Below, piece after piece: positions 31,069-41,523 of a DNA stretch of 64,000 nucleotides (within the stretch, counting starts at the first letter, position 1; every line of letters begins with the position of its first letter). The stretch lies in assembly GCF_056712565.1 (NCBI RefSeq), contig NZ_CM160072.1; one strand, 5' to 3'. The notes beneath the pieces are model-generated. The model saw nothing but the letters and a program-made list of their open reading frames with translations, did not search any database and was not told the DNA's origin. A program made the position numbers and the translations under genes.

Positions 31069-31788
31069 ATCGCTGCGACAGTGGCTGATGCTGTACTCAA
31101 TAGGCCGTTGCTGTTGGTCAAGCGCCACTTGCTTGATCACCAGCACCGGTATTTTGCTATCTAACTGAATATGTGACTGAAACTCGGCATCCGGCATCCG
31201 GGCGCTAACGCGGGAACGCGTACGTTGTGGGTAAATGTGCTGGCTGCGGAAGTAGTCATAAAGAGAAATCCCGATGGCATCAACATCATGAATTAAATGT
31301 GCCGGAACCCACGATTCCTCAATCGATACCGCCTCTTCATCGACATAGCGAATACGCTTAAGCAAAAAGACATCACTTCCCGCTTCGACCGCCAGCTGCT
31401 GCGCGACTTCTTCGGGACATTTCACGACACGCTTGTTAACCCATAACGTATCGGGCTTTTTCCCGCGCAATACCACCTGCTGAGAAAACCCCCGCGCTTC
31501 TTTCAGCGAGTATTCGAAGATGTTGTTGATCTGCGTGCCGTAACCACGCGAACGCGTCACCACGCCCTCTTCTTCCAGCGACTGCATCGCCTTGCGCACC
31601 GTAATGCGCGAAACGCCGGTTAACTGACTTAAATCACGCTCACCGGGCAAAATATTGCCATGCTCCAGCACCCCGCTGCGCACGGCATTTTTTACCGTTT
31701 CGGCAAACTTAATATAAAGCGGCGTGTTATCCGCCGCTAAAATACGCTCGTTCAGTTGGGCAATCAGCTGGGTATGCGCTTGTTCCAT
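31042..31788 (-). CDS. yegW: GntR-family transcriptional regulator YegW
   Basis: 248 aa; 3' end overlaps yegV 3' end by 27 nt (convergent). Confidence 0.85.
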   Translation of the reverse strand: MEQAHTQLIAQLNERILAADNTPLYIKFAETVKNAVRSGVLEHGNILPGERDLSQLTGVSRITVRKAMQSLEEEGVVTRSRGYGTQINNIFEYSLKEARGFSQQVVLRGKKPDTLWVNKRVVKCPEEVAQQLAVEAGSDVFLLKRIRYVDEEAVSIEESWVPAHLIHDVDAIGISLYDYFRSQHIYPQRTRSRVSARMPDAEFQSHIQLDSKIPVLVIKQVALDQQQRPIEYSISHCRSDLYVFVCEE

Positions 31789-31839
31789 TTGTCTTTTTCC
31801 TGCCGGGGAATCTGGTGGGAGTATATCACTGCTTCTTAT

Positions 31840-32658
31840 TTAAGGCGTTTCTTTAATCCCATCAACGAATGCCTGCAACTCCTCCACCGTGCCATTAAAC
31901 ACATTAAAATCCACCGGACCATTAATGCCATCGACCTGTCCACGGTCGGAATGCTGCCAGAAGCGCCAGGCCATGCCGTCATTGTCCGGGCGACGTTGAT
32001 AATAGTGAGCCACCCACCACGGATATTCATTGAAATAGCCCGCCAGATTGGTGTGATAAAAAACGGCTCCTGAGTAAATAATTGGCTTTTTACCCGTACG
32101 TTTTTCGACCATTTTTAGCCACTGACTTACCCGCTTGCGTAATTCTTTTGCCGATAATTTTCCCCGTTCTTCTACGTCCAGCACGGCAGGGAAATCGCCT
32201 TGTGAGAAATCCACCGTTTGCAGAAATAATCTCGCCTGAACTGAAGCAGATACCGACGGGGAAAAATAATGATACGCCCCGCGCAGCAGGCCATTTTCGC
32301 GGCTTAGTTGCCAGTTACGCGAAAAATAGGGGTCCACCAGCTTTTCGCCTTCCGTCGCCTTAATAAAAGCAAACTGTAAGCGGATACCGTTGTCGCGCAT
32401 TTTTGCCACACGCTGCCAGTCGATCCGCTCCTGCCAGCGTGAAACATCTATTCCGTGAATGGTGTAACTGGCAGGAATGCGAATAGCGAAAGATTTAACC
32501 GGGCGATAACCGTAGAAGTGGATGTAGTCTTTAATCTGAATTGCTGTCGAATAGAAAAAATTCACCGTCTGACGCGGATAAATTGCAACGATGGAAATTA
32601 GCCCAAGAGCGCATAATAAAACGGTGAATTTTTTTCGACTGGTGATTCTCAACTGCAT
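31840..32658 (-). CDS. yegX: Glycoside hydrolase family 25 (lysozyme-like) protein YegX
   Basis: 272 aa from ATG 32658; alternative start 32667. Confidence 0.75.
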   Translation of the reverse strand: MQLRITSRKKFTVLLCALGLISIVAIYPRQTVNFFYSTAIQIKDYIHFYGYRPVKSFAIRIPASYTIHGIDVSRWQERIDWQRVAKMRDNGIRLQFAFIKATEGEKLVDPYFSRNWQLSRENGLLRGAYHYFSPSVSASVQARLFLQTVDFSQGDFPAVLDVEERGKLSAKELRKRVSQWLKMVEKRTGKKPIIYSGAVFYHTNLAGYFNEYPWWVAHYYQRRPDNDGMAWRFWQHSDRGQVDGINGPVDFNVFNGTVEELQAFVDGIKETP

Positions 32659-32722
32659 TGGTTTCATCCCTGAATGTCAGCACCAAAGGCTGACAATAAC
32701 CAAAGCAGCTATAGTACGGTGC

Positions 32723-33523
32723 TCACCACCAGGCGTGGAAGTGGTGAACCGGACCAATACCGTGACCAACTTCCAGCGTGTCGGCCTGGGCTAATGCCGA
32801 TGAAAGCCAGCTTTTTGCCTCCTGTACGGTGTCAGCCCAGTTTGTATGGCGCGGGCGTAGTGCAGCCAACGCCGCAGAGAGCGTACAACCAGTGCCGTGG
32901 GTGTTTTTGGTCATAATGCGCGGTGCAGTAAATCGTTGTTCCCCCTCACGAGTAAACAGCCAGTCCGGGCTTTGCTCATCATCCAGATGACCACCTTTCA
33001 TTAGCACTGCGCCACAGCCCATCGCCAACAGCGATCGCCCTTGTTCCAGCATTTCCTGTTCGGTGCGCGCGTGTGGCGCGTCGAGCAAGGCGGCTGCTTC
33101 GGGCAAGTTTGGCGTTATTAATGAAACATGTGGCAATAATCGACTGCGCAGCGTAGCAACCGCCGATGGTGAAAGCAGCGGGTCGCCGCTTTTTGCCAGC
33201 ATAACGGTGTCGAGTACCACGTTTTGGATCTGATAACGTTGCAACCGTTCTGCCACCGCTTCAACAATATCGGTTTCCGCCAACATACCGATTTTAGTGG
33301 TGTCGATTCGCACATCACTGAACACCGAATCGAGCTGGGCGGCGACAAAATCAGGCTCAATGCGATACACCGACTGTACACCACGGGTATTTTGCGCCAC
33401 CAGTGCAGTAATAACTGAGCAACCATAAGCGCCAAGTGCCGAGAAGGTTTTAAGATCGGCCTGAATCCCCGCACCACCACTCGGATCAGTACCGGCAATC
33501 GTCAGAGCGTTAATTCGTTTCAT
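32723..33523 (-). CDS. thiD: Hydroxymethylpyrimidine/phosphomethylpyrimidine kinase
   Basis: 266 aa. Confidence 0.9.
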   Translation of the reverse strand: MKRINALTIAGTDPSGGAGIQADLKTFSALGAYGCSVITALVAQNTRGVQSVYRIEPDFVAAQLDSVFSDVRIDTTKIGMLAETDIVEAVAERLQRYQIQNVVLDTVMLAKSGDPLLSPSAVATLRSRLLPHVSLITPNLPEAAALLDAPHARTEQEMLEQGRSLLAMGCGAVLMKGGHLDDEQSPDWLFTREGEQRFTAPRIMTKNTHGTGCTLSAALAALRPRHTNWADTVQEAKSWLSSALAQADTLEVGHGIGPVHHFHAWW

Positions 33524-34308
33524 GCCTGCACCTCCTGCGTCAATTGCCAGAGCGCATCAAGGAAATGTGGAACAAAACTGCCTGGCCCCTCGCTTCTGGC
33601 AACTGCGCGTTCTCCGGCTTGTTTCATCCAGTGACAGGCAGATGCGATATTTTCCAGCGTATCGCCTGGTAGCGCACAACAGGCAGCGACAACCGCCGAT
33701 AGTGCACAGCCAGTTCCTACCACTTTGGTCATTAACGGATCGCCACCGTGAATGCCAATGATACGATGTCCATCGGTAACATAATCCACCTCGCCAGTGA
33801 CCACGACGATTGCGCCAGTTTCCCGTGCCAGTGTTTGTGCAGCGGGTATCGCGTTAGCTGCGGCATCAGTGGTATCCACTCCCCGTCCACCATTAGCAAC
33901 GCCAGCTAATGCCATGATTTCCGAAGCATTACCACGTATGGCGGTTGGCTTATGGGACAGAAGTTCCACACAAAAACGGCGGCGATAATCGAGCGCACCA
34001 ACCGCAACCGGATCAAGCGTCCAGGGCGTTTGTGATCGTGTTGCTTGCTCAACGGCAGCACTCATCGCTTGCGCTCGTGGCTGCGTCAGCGTGCCAACGT
34101 TAATCAACAAGGCACTGGCGATAGCCGCAAACTGACTGGCCTCTTCGGTTTCGATAACCATCGCTGGCGATGCGCCGAGCGCCAGCAAGGTATTGGCAGT
34201 AAAAGTTTGCACCACATCGTTGGTCATGCAGTGCACAAGAGGGGAATGTTGGTGAAAAAGGTGTAACGCGTGCGCAGATTGCGCTGAACTCAGCAGGTCG
34301 ACTTGCAT
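33520..34308 (-). CDS. thiM: Hydroxyethylthiazole kinase
   Basis: 262 aa. Confidence 0.9.
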   Translation of the reverse strand: MQVDLLSSAQSAHALHLFHQHSPLVHCMTNDVVQTFTANTLLALGASPAMVIETEEASQFAAIASALLINVGTLTQPRAQAMSAAVEQATRSQTPWTLDPVAVGALDYRRRFCVELLSHKPTAIRGNASEIMALAGVANGGRGVDTTDAAANAIPAAQTLARETGAIVVVTGEVDYVTDGHRIIGIHGGDPLMTKVVGTGCALSAVVAACCALPGDTLENIASACHWMKQAGERAVARSEGPGSFVPHFLDALWQLTQEVQA

Positions 34309-34440
34309 AGTTTGCTCCTGCCATAACGTGAAGAAGCAATGACCTGGTGGTCCGTGACTTCCCTACGCTGGCATTATCCAGATCAGGTGATACGGGTATT
34401 TCTCAGCCTTCACAAAGAAGGGCACCCCGAGTCGTTTGGT
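34309..34440 (-). promoter_or_regulatory. TPP (THI-box) riboswitch in thiM 5' leader
   Basis: Minus strand reads CUCGGGGUGCCCUUCUUUGUGAAGGCUGAGAAAUACCCGUAUCACCUGAUCUGGAUAAUGCCAGCGUAGGGAAGUCACGGACC, then SD and AUG. Confidence 0.8.
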
Positions 34441-34530
34441 TGCGATAATAAATCGCAGAGGAGGATGGTAATGTCCAGCGCACGCGTTGTAAACGGGGAA
34501 AAACGGCAGTTTTACAATCGCGTTAATAAA

Positions 34531-34803
34531 TTATTTGATATAAGAATCCAGCACCTTCAGAACGACATCCAGATCTTCTTCTCGTTTTAGCTCATCCCCC
34601 TGGTGAACGATGTGTTCCGTCAGATGACCTTTAATCACTTCCCGCATCAGACCGTTTACCGCGCCACGGATAGCAGCAATCTGTTGTAAAACTGCAGCGC
34701 ATTCATGCGGTTCGTCGAGCATTTTCTTGAGCGCCACGACCTGGCCCTGAATCTTACTGGCACGCGCTTTCAGTTTCTGTTTATCACGGATTGTATGAGA
34801 CAT
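34531..34803 (-). CDS. rcnR: Ni/Co-responsive repressor RcnR
   Basis: 90 aa. Confidence 0.9.
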
Positions 34804-34851
34804 GGCAACACCTGGTTAACAAGAATATGAAAAATCATAGCACTATTAATC

Positions 34852-34886
34852 TACTGGGGGGTAGTATCAGGTACTGGGGGGGAGTA
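34852..34886. promoter_or_regulatory. Two RcnR operator sites (TACT-G6/7-N-AGTA) in the rcnR-rcnA intergenic region
   Basis: tactggggggtagta (34852-34866) and tactgggggggagta (34872-34886). Confidence 0.7.
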
Positions 34887-34923
34887 GAATCAGATTGCCG
34901 AATTAATACTAAGAATTATTATC

Positions 34924-35748
34924 ATGACCGAATTTACAACACTTCTTCAGCAAGGAAACGCCTGGTTCTTCATCCCCAGCGCCATCTTACTTGGTGCGCT
35001 TCATGGCCTGGAACCGGGGCACTCAAAAACGATGATGGCGGCGTTTATCATCGCCATCAAAGGCACCATTAAACAGGCGGTGATGCTCGGACTGGCAGCA
35101 ACTATTTCGCATACCGCAGTGGTCTGGTTAATTGCCTTTGGCGGGATGGTGATCAGCAAACGCTTTACTGCTCAATCAGCAGAACCGTGGCTCCAGTTGA
35201 TTTCCGCAGTGATCATTATTAGCACCGCGTTCTGGATGTTCTGGCGTACCTGGCGCGGCGAACGCAACTGGCTGGAGAATATGCACGAGCATGATCATGA
35301 GCATCATCACCACGATCACGAAGATCACCACGACCATGGACATCATCACCATCACGAACATGGCGAGTATCAGGATGCCCATGCACGAGCCCATGCCAAT
35401 GACATTAAACGACGCTTTGATGGTAGAGAGGTCACCAACTGGCAAATTTTGCTATTTGGCTTAACCGGTGGCCTTATCCCCTGCCCGGCAGCAATTACCG
35501 TGCTGTTGATTTGCATTCAGTTGAAAGCCCTGACACTGGGCGCAACACTGGTCGTCAGTTTCAGCCTCGGCCTGGCGTTAACGCTTGTCACCGTAGGCGT
35601 TGGCGCAGCAATCAGCGTTCAGCAGGTCGCAAAACGCTGGAGCGGATTTAACACTCTCGCTAAACGCGCTCCCTATTTTTCCAGTCTGTTGATTGGCTTA
35701 GTTGGTGTGTATATGGGCGTACATGGCTTCATGGGCATAATGCGATAA
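34924..35748 (+). CDS. rcnA: Ni/Co efflux protein RcnA
   Basis: 274 aa membrane protein with His-rich loop. Confidence 0.9.
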   Translation: MTEFTTLLQQGNAWFFIPSAILLGALHGLEPGHSKTMMAAFIIAIKGTIKQAVMLGLAATISHTAVVWLIAFGGMVISKRFTAQSAEPWLQLISAVIIISTAFWMFWRTWRGERNWLENMHEHDHEHHHHDHEDHHDHGHHHHHEHGEYQDAHARAHANDIKRRFDGREVTNWQILLFGLTGGLIPCPAAITVLLICIQLKALTLGATLVVSFSLGLALTLVTVGVGAAISVQQVAKRWSGFNTLAKRAPYFSSLLIGLVGVYMGVHGFMGIMR

Positions 35749-35966
35749 CTCAATCCTTTAGGCTTGCATGTTATCTTCAGCCCAGGATGATTCTTAAATC
35801 AGCTATTTCCGCTGACTCTCTGCTCGCTAAGGATGCTTTTAGGGCATCCTTTCATTTACACTTTTTACGAAATCATGGGATCACTAACAAAATATCGCTT
35901 GTCAGTTATATTGTATGGCAGGAAAGATATGCGACTGATATTACAGATCCCCAAAGTGGAGAGTTT

Positions 35967-36305
35967 ATGACCATTAAAAATAAGATGTTGCTGGGTGCGC
36001 TTTTGCTGGTTACCAGTGCCGCCTGGGCCGCACCAGCCACCGCGGGTTCGACCAATACCTCGGGAATTTCTAAGTATGAGTTAAGCAGTTTCATTGCTGA
36101 CTTTAAGCATTTCAAACCAGGTGACACCGTCCCAGAGATGTACCGCACCGATGAGTACAACATTAAGCAGTGGCAGTTACGTAACCTGCCCGCGCCTGAT
36201 GCCGGGACGCACTGGACCTATATGGGTGGCGCGTACGTGTTGATCAGCGACACCGACGGTAAAATCATTAAAGCCTACGACGGTGAGATTTTTTATCATC
36301 GCTAA
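35967..36305 (+). CDS. rcnB: Periplasmic protein RcnB (YohN)
   Basis: 112 aa from ATG 35967 (MTIKNKMLLGALLLVTSAAWA...), signal peptide. Confidence 0.8.
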   Translation: MTIKNKMLLGALLLVTSAAWAAPATAGSTNTSGISKYELSSFIADFKHFKPGDTVPEMYRTDEYNIKQWQLRNLPAPDAGTHWTYMGGAYVLISDTDGKIIKAYDGEIFYHR

Positions 36306-36331
36306 AAAAAAGCCCCCTCGGAGAGAGGGGG
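36304..36331 (-). terminator. Rho-independent terminator after yehA (possibly bidirectional with rcnB)
   Basis: CCCCCTC-ggaga-GAGGGGG stem; run of 8 T on minus strand. Confidence 0.6.
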
Positions 36332-36386
36332 GAATGCAGACACCTTAATATTTTTATTATTAGCCACTTGCTCGTCTTGCTTGTTA

Positions 36387-37421
36387 TTAGTCGTATTTCA
36401 CGTTGATTAATGCGGTTGCCTCCAGTGCGCCAGATTTAACTTTGTTTGTATCGTAGACGTAGTAACTGGCCGTTATCGGAATTGAAACCGTTGTATCTGT
36501 AAGTTTTGACTTTGCCGCAATTTCTTTTAAATTTGTATATCCTTTACTGCTGTTAGTGATATTTAAAAGTGTGACTGGCGTACCATTACTTTCAAGAATA
36601 AATCCTACGCCATTATCTTCCGCACCTTTCAGGATCGTGTTGCTGTTGGTTAACAAGTCAGAACTTGATAAATACACCTGCATTTTCCGTGATGTTTGAT
36701 TTTGTTGACCTAATAAATTTTTACAACGCAGAATAATATCCCCTTTTTTACTATTTATTGTTGTTTTGTTACCTGTGGCTGGTAATTGTGAAACGGGAAT
36801 ACTCTCTAACGTAATTAATAAATCGTCCGGTTTGCAGGTTGTGGTTATCGGGTTGTATGACAATGTCAGATTAAAGGAATAGACACCTGCATTTTGTGCC
36901 AATGCATTTCTGTAGCTATTTACACATGCATCCCATGACTTACCACCTAATAAACACAGTAGAAATTGTACTGCGGCACTCCCGCGTGTCGATGATGAAG
37001 CACTGGATAATGTCGCAACTCCATTAATCATCACTGAACCACCGCCCCCCGCAGAAACATTCACTTTTGCATTACTGGCCGCAGGTGTCACCGTCACCGA
37101 ATAACCACTGGTGAAACTGGTCTGATTATTTGACAACGTAATGTTGTTTTTATTGGTCCATTCAAAATGTAAATTTAATTTAATGGTATCGTTATAAAGT
37201 CCAACAATAATATCCGACGGGCTCATAGGTGTGATAGTATTTGTACTCACGCATGACGAATCATTAAAATTATGCTCATATGTCGCCATTTGTGTTTGAG
37301 TAAGTGCAAAATCCCCCTGAACAACCAAATTGTGCTGAACAGATAACTCACTATAACATGCCGCATAGCTCACAGGCATAACCATCATTATTACTATAAA
37401 TAGCATTATGCGAATTTCCAT
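36387..37421 (-). CDS. yehA: Fimbrial adhesin-like protein YehA
   Basis: 344 aa, last gene of chaperone-usher operon. Confidence 0.8.
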   Translation of the reverse strand: MEIRIMLFIVIMMVMPVSYAACYSELSVQHNLVVQGDFALTQTQMATYEHNFNDSSCVSTNTITPMSPSDIIVGLYNDTIKLNLHFEWTNKNNITLSNNQTSFTSGYSVTVTPAASNAKVNVSAGGGGSVMINGVATLSSASSSTRGSAAVQFLLCLLGGKSWDACVNSYRNALAQNAGVYSFNLTLSYNPITTTCKPDDLLITLESIPVSQLPATGNKTTINSKKGDIILRCKNLLGQQNQTSRKMQVYLSSSDLLTNSNTILKGAEDNGVGFILESNGTPVTLLNITNSSKGYTNLKEIAAKSKLTDTTVSIPITASYYVYDTNKVKSGALEATALINVKYD

Positions 37422-37436
37422 AGAACCACCTGACTA

Positions 37437-39917
37437 TTACTGGCAAATATAATTTCTACTTTCATCAATCTCTTTACCGAAGGTGATTGTGCATGAAAGC
37501 CCTTGTTGCTTATCAATTGCCACATTAACCGATGGCGGTACTTCATTGGTGCGAATAAATAACTGGCTTCCCTGGCCGACAACACCAATATTATGACCAT
37601 GGATATCATTGACTTCATAACCAAACGTTAATGGTTGCCCATCCGCTCTTAACGCTTTTATAAACCATGGCTTGCGCTGATCGGTATCAAAATTAACCAG
37701 TACAACCGCGCCGCGATAAGGGGCGGCAATTTTCCGGTTGCCACGTAATTCTGCTTCGCTATCGCTTTGTGACACATCCAACATCAGGTAATTTTCCCGA
37801 TAAGGTGTCATTCCGTCGTATACCACCACTCCATTACGGTTTGTTGTGCGATATTTTTGCCCATTGACATAAGCATCTTTAATTCCTGGCGCATTCATCA
37901 CAGCAAACGTTTCAGAAAGACGGTTTGCCAGATTAACGCCACCCGACCAAGCGACAATGCCCCCTGAAACACTGGCTCCAGCCTGTCGATAAGCACTCGA
38001 CTGACTATAACTGCCATTCACTGTCGCAACCGGCGCGTTCCAGGTTAAATTCGCCCCAGCTGTCGTTTCATTTCCCTGATACTGATAACTCAGGTTGACC
38101 CCATAGTTAAACTGATCCCGGCTTCCAACGGTTCCTGATAATCCCGTATTATTTGAGGCAACCCCCTGATCATCAAACGTCGTTGAGTTAGACATATATA
38201 TTTGCCGACGAGGCGTCGTAACGTCATCACCCCAATCAAAGGGAATCGATATAAAAATATTAAAACGTTTCTCTTCATGATGATTCTCGTCATAAGCATG
38301 GCTTGCCGCGAGGGTATAGCTTATCCTTCGCAGGTTGTTGGAATAACTCAACTGATAATCCTTACTGCTGCCGCTACGCCCCCAGTAATCTCGCCATAAC
38401 GTACTTAAGGACACAGAACCCCAGCCTTCTGGCAATGACTGACTCATATTGGCAGAGAAGCTATTTTTACGGCCAAAATCGTTCTGGTAATAATCGGCAA
38501 TGTCATAGATATCGTTTTCATCACGGCGATAATTATCTTTATTGTTTGCCCATACGTGATCATTAAATGTCCGATAATCACGCGACGAATAACGCCAGGC
38601 CGCCAGACCAAAACGTGTCGACGTTTGGCTCACAAATTTGTTGTAGGCAATTTGATAACTTTGCCCGTCAAACACATCGCCGTTGTCTTGTTTACTATGC
38701 GACTTCGTGGCATCGACGGAAATGGCACCAATGCGTGTATTCCAGCCAGTCCCCAAAGTGAACGCGTAATAATTATTCGCGACCATCGAGCCACCATACA
38801 GCGTTAATAAGTTATTAAAACCATACTGATGACCCACCTGGACAAAATCACTTTGTTTGCTCGCCCCTTCAATATGGCTACGACCCGCCGCAAAATCATA
38901 TTTCGACACGCCGGGTTGCAGCATATTTGGTACCGCTGCATAAGGCACCAGATAGGTGGTTACCGAACCGTCCGCCTCTTTCACGCTGACATCAAGATCC
39001 GCTCCACCACCGGCCAACTGCAAATCTGTAATCGCAAACGGGCCAGGAGGAACCTCTTTCTGATAAACCACAAAACCATTCTGTTCAATAGTTACCAGCG
39101 CGTTACTCTGAGCAATCCCCTGCACCCGTGGCGTAAAATTTTGTTTCGAGTTAGGCAACATCTGCATATCACGAAACAACCGCACACCGCTGAAGCGAAC
39201 AGAATCAAAAATATCGCTTGATGTGTACATATCACCCACACGAAGCGTGCCGAGAAGTTGGGCAAATCCACGTTCCAGATACAGGGTATTGCTTTTCCAC
39301 ACCCCTGGATTGTTATTTGTTTTACTGAAACTGGCATCAGAATGCAGTTGCCACCCCAATAAATTTAACCCGCTGTTAAAACGTACATATGTACTCTTGC
39401 TATTACCGGACGCTTTATAATCGCTGTAATACTGACTCATATAATAAGAGGTATAAAACGCATTAATACCCCGCTCCCAGTTTTCAGGTGGTACATAGCC
39501 ACTTTCCAGTTCTTCCACCCAGGCCTGCGGGACACTGAAATCGAGACGAAAAACTCCGATATCCCAGGTATAGCTCCCGCCCTGAATAAGTTGCTTAAAT
39601 GTTAAACATTGCTTACCGCTGGCAAAGCTATCGGTATTAATGCCTAACCGCTTGATCATTTCCCTTGATAAACATGTTTCTTGCGGGTTGTCTTTAACAA
39701 TGATCTCATATTTCCCACGCCATTGCTTATTGACATAAATATCGATGTCATACTGCCCCGGCAAGGGCTGATTATCTTCAAGACGAATATTTGAAACCTG
39801 CTGGTCTTTCATTCCACCTATCATGAAATGGGTATCAAAGGTTTCTTCAGCTGCATAAGCTTCAATGCCGATCAATAACGCTACGATTGCTGATGCAAGT
39901 GGGGGCATTCTCAACAT
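37437..39917 (-). CDS. yehB: Fimbrial outer-membrane usher YehB
   Basis: 826 aa from ATG 39917; ORF-track start 39932 is a TTG. Confidence 0.85.
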   Translation of the reverse strand: MLRMPPLASAIVALLIGIEAYAAEETFDTHFMIGGMKDQQVSNIRLEDNQPLPGQYDIDIYVNKQWRGKYEIIVKDNPQETCLSREMIKRLGINTDSFASGKQCLTFKQLIQGGSYTWDIGVFRLDFSVPQAWVEELESGYVPPENWERGINAFYTSYYMSQYYSDYKASGNSKSTYVRFNSGLNLLGWQLHSDASFSKTNNNPGVWKSNTLYLERGFAQLLGTLRVGDMYTSSDIFDSVRFSGVRLFRDMQMLPNSKQNFTPRVQGIAQSNALVTIEQNGFVVYQKEVPPGPFAITDLQLAGGGADLDVSVKEADGSVTTYLVPYAAVPNMLQPGVSKYDFAAGRSHIEGASKQSDFVQVGHQYGFNNLLTLYGGSMVANNYYAFTLGTGWNTRIGAISVDATKSHSKQDNGDVFDGQSYQIAYNKFVSQTSTRFGLAAWRYSSRDYRTFNDHVWANNKDNYRRDENDIYDIADYYQNDFGRKNSFSANMSQSLPEGWGSVSLSTLWRDYWGRSGSSKDYQLSYSNNLRRISYTLAASHAYDENHHEEKRFNIFISIPFDWGDDVTTPRRQIYMSNSTTFDDQGVASNNTGLSGTVGSRDQFNYGVNLSYQYQGNETTAGANLTWNAPVATVNGSYSQSSAYRQAGASVSGGIVAWSGGVNLANRLSETFAVMNAPGIKDAYVNGQKYRTTNRNGVVVYDGMTPYRENYLMLDVSQSDSEAELRGNRKIAAPYRGAVVLVNFDTDQRKPWFIKALRADGQPLTFGYEVNDIHGHNIGVVGQGSQLFIRTNEVPPSVNVAIDKQQGLSCTITFGKEIDESRNYICQ

Positions 39918-39932
39918 AGGCAGCTCCTGCAA

Positions 39933-40607
39933 TTAAATTTTGTCACTAATATAATTGCCATGGTCATCGATAATGGTCAGATGCCAGTTATTTGCATTAT
40001 TACTTTTGACATTAACACTCTGACTTTCTAAGGGGGCAATCATAATAGTTTCATAATTGACTTTGACATTATTAGCTTTGACATCCGAAATCGTCACCCA
40101 ATTAGCTGAGTCATTTTTTATCACCAATCCATTGCCACTGCGATTTACCAGTAACTTTTTAAAGGTCACTTTATTTACCGGAGCAATACCCGCTGGCCGG
40201 TAAAACAACTTAATTCTGTTTTGCATCGCAAACTTCAGTGCATTCTTACCTTCTTGTTCTGGACTATTTGGTGGAATATCCAGAACATTCAGATAAAAAA
40301 TACTCTCTTTATTAGTGGGGAGTTTATTCGGCATAATTTTAATTTTTACTTGCTGCCCGGAATTTGCCCCTATTTTTGCCACTGGTGGCGTTAACATGAA
40401 AGGAACCTGAATTTTTTCTGGTGGTAATGACGTATCGCCATCATCAATCCACGCCTGCATCAGCGAAGAACGGTTTCCCTGGTTCATCAACTGCACCATC
40501 ACTTCTTTGTGCTCTGCCGGGTAAATAATACGCGTCCCGTAGATAACAATACCGGCATGTGCAGGAAGGACCATAGAAGAAATGAGTAAAGCTAATAATC
40601 CTTTCAT
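39933..40607 (-). CDS. yehC: Fimbrial periplasmic chaperone YehC
   Basis: 224 aa with signal peptide; SD AAGAGG upstream. Confidence 0.8.
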   Translation of the reverse strand: MKGLLALLISSMVLPAHAGIVIYGTRIIYPAEHKEVMVQLMNQGNRSSLMQAWIDDGDTSLPPEKIQVPFMLTPPVAKIGANSGQQVKIKIMPNKLPTNKESIFYLNVLDIPPNSPEQEGKNALKFAMQNRIKLFYRPAGIAPVNKVTFKKLLVNRSGNGLVIKNDSANWVTISDVKANNVKVNYETIMIAPLESQSVNVKSNNANNWHLTIIDDHGNYISDKI

Positions 40608-40620
40608 CTTAATGCCTCTT

Positions 40621-40651
40621 AAATTAAAAGGCCGCCATGGAGATAGCGGCC
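40621..40651 (-). terminator. Intra-operon hairpin/attenuator between yehD and yehC
   Basis: GGCCGC...GCGGCC stem followed on minus strand by TTTTAATTT. Confidence 0.4.
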
Positions 40652-40687
40652 ATGTTAATTACCTGAAGAATCTTGCAATTTTATTTA

Positions 40688-41230
40688 TTAATCCTGCGCC
40701 ACACGCATAATCAGGGAAGATAACACATCACCTGAATTCACTGAGTTATCTGTCAGTTTCAGGTATTTTGCTTTAAACGGAATGGCATATTGACCGTCCG
40801 CTGTTTTATAACTCTCGATGTTGAAAGGTGCAGAAACATCCAGGACATCGCTGTTATCACCTAAATAGAGATAATAACCCACGGTATCGTTGCTACTGGC
40901 TATCGCCTTATCGTTTCCGGTTATTTTATCGTTGGTAATCAACGAGAGTTTTACACCAGCAACTTCTTTCGGACAGCTAATTTTTAACATGCTGCTGGTT
41001 ACACCGACTGCACCATCATAGGTCGAGTATTTAGCTTTACCTTCAAAGACCGTAGTTGGTACAGTTGGCATATTAATACTTAATGAATCGCCACCTGCTT
41101 CGAATTTACACGGAGATTCTGCAATATTCCCTTTAATGGTTAATGTTCCGGTATCAACGTCTGCGGCAAATACCCCAGCGCTCATAAAAAAAGAAGAAAA
41201 AACAGCGGCAGCAATAATTGAACGTTTCAT
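40688..41230 (-). CDS. yehD: Major fimbrial subunit YehD
   Basis: 180 aa with signal peptide. Confidence 0.8.
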   Translation of the reverse strand: MKRSIIAAAVFSSFFMSAGVFAADVDTGTLTIKGNIAESPCKFEAGGDSLSINMPTVPTTVFEGKAKYSTYDGAVGVTSSMLKISCPKEVAGVKLSLITNDKITGNDKAIASSNDTVGYYLYLGDNSDVLDVSAPFNIESYKTADGQYAIPFKAKYLKLTDNSVNSGDVLSSLIMRVAQD

Positions 41231-41523
41231 AATATGCTCCTTAATAAAATCTATTTTTGGTTGTTAAGAGTCTGTATCTCTTGGAAACAAATTTCTCACA
41301 CCAAAAAAAGTTGCCGCAATGTAAACACATTGTTTTATTGATTTAAAGCAAATTAACTATTGCAATATAAACACAACAAATACTTAAGCACATTAAATAT
41401 TTATCAAATCTATTAATTAATGTGGATTTCTATAAATGGTATTATTAATATCAATAAAAAAGCTTAAATCATTCATGTAAATGATTTAAGCTTTCTAAAT
41501 CCGATTAAAACCAGGGTGGCAAA

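Noticed and set aside
40630-40651. Possible REP element between yehD and yehC
   Set aside because: Sequence does not match the REP consensus seen at 19998 and 26457; better explained as an operon-internal terminator hairpin.
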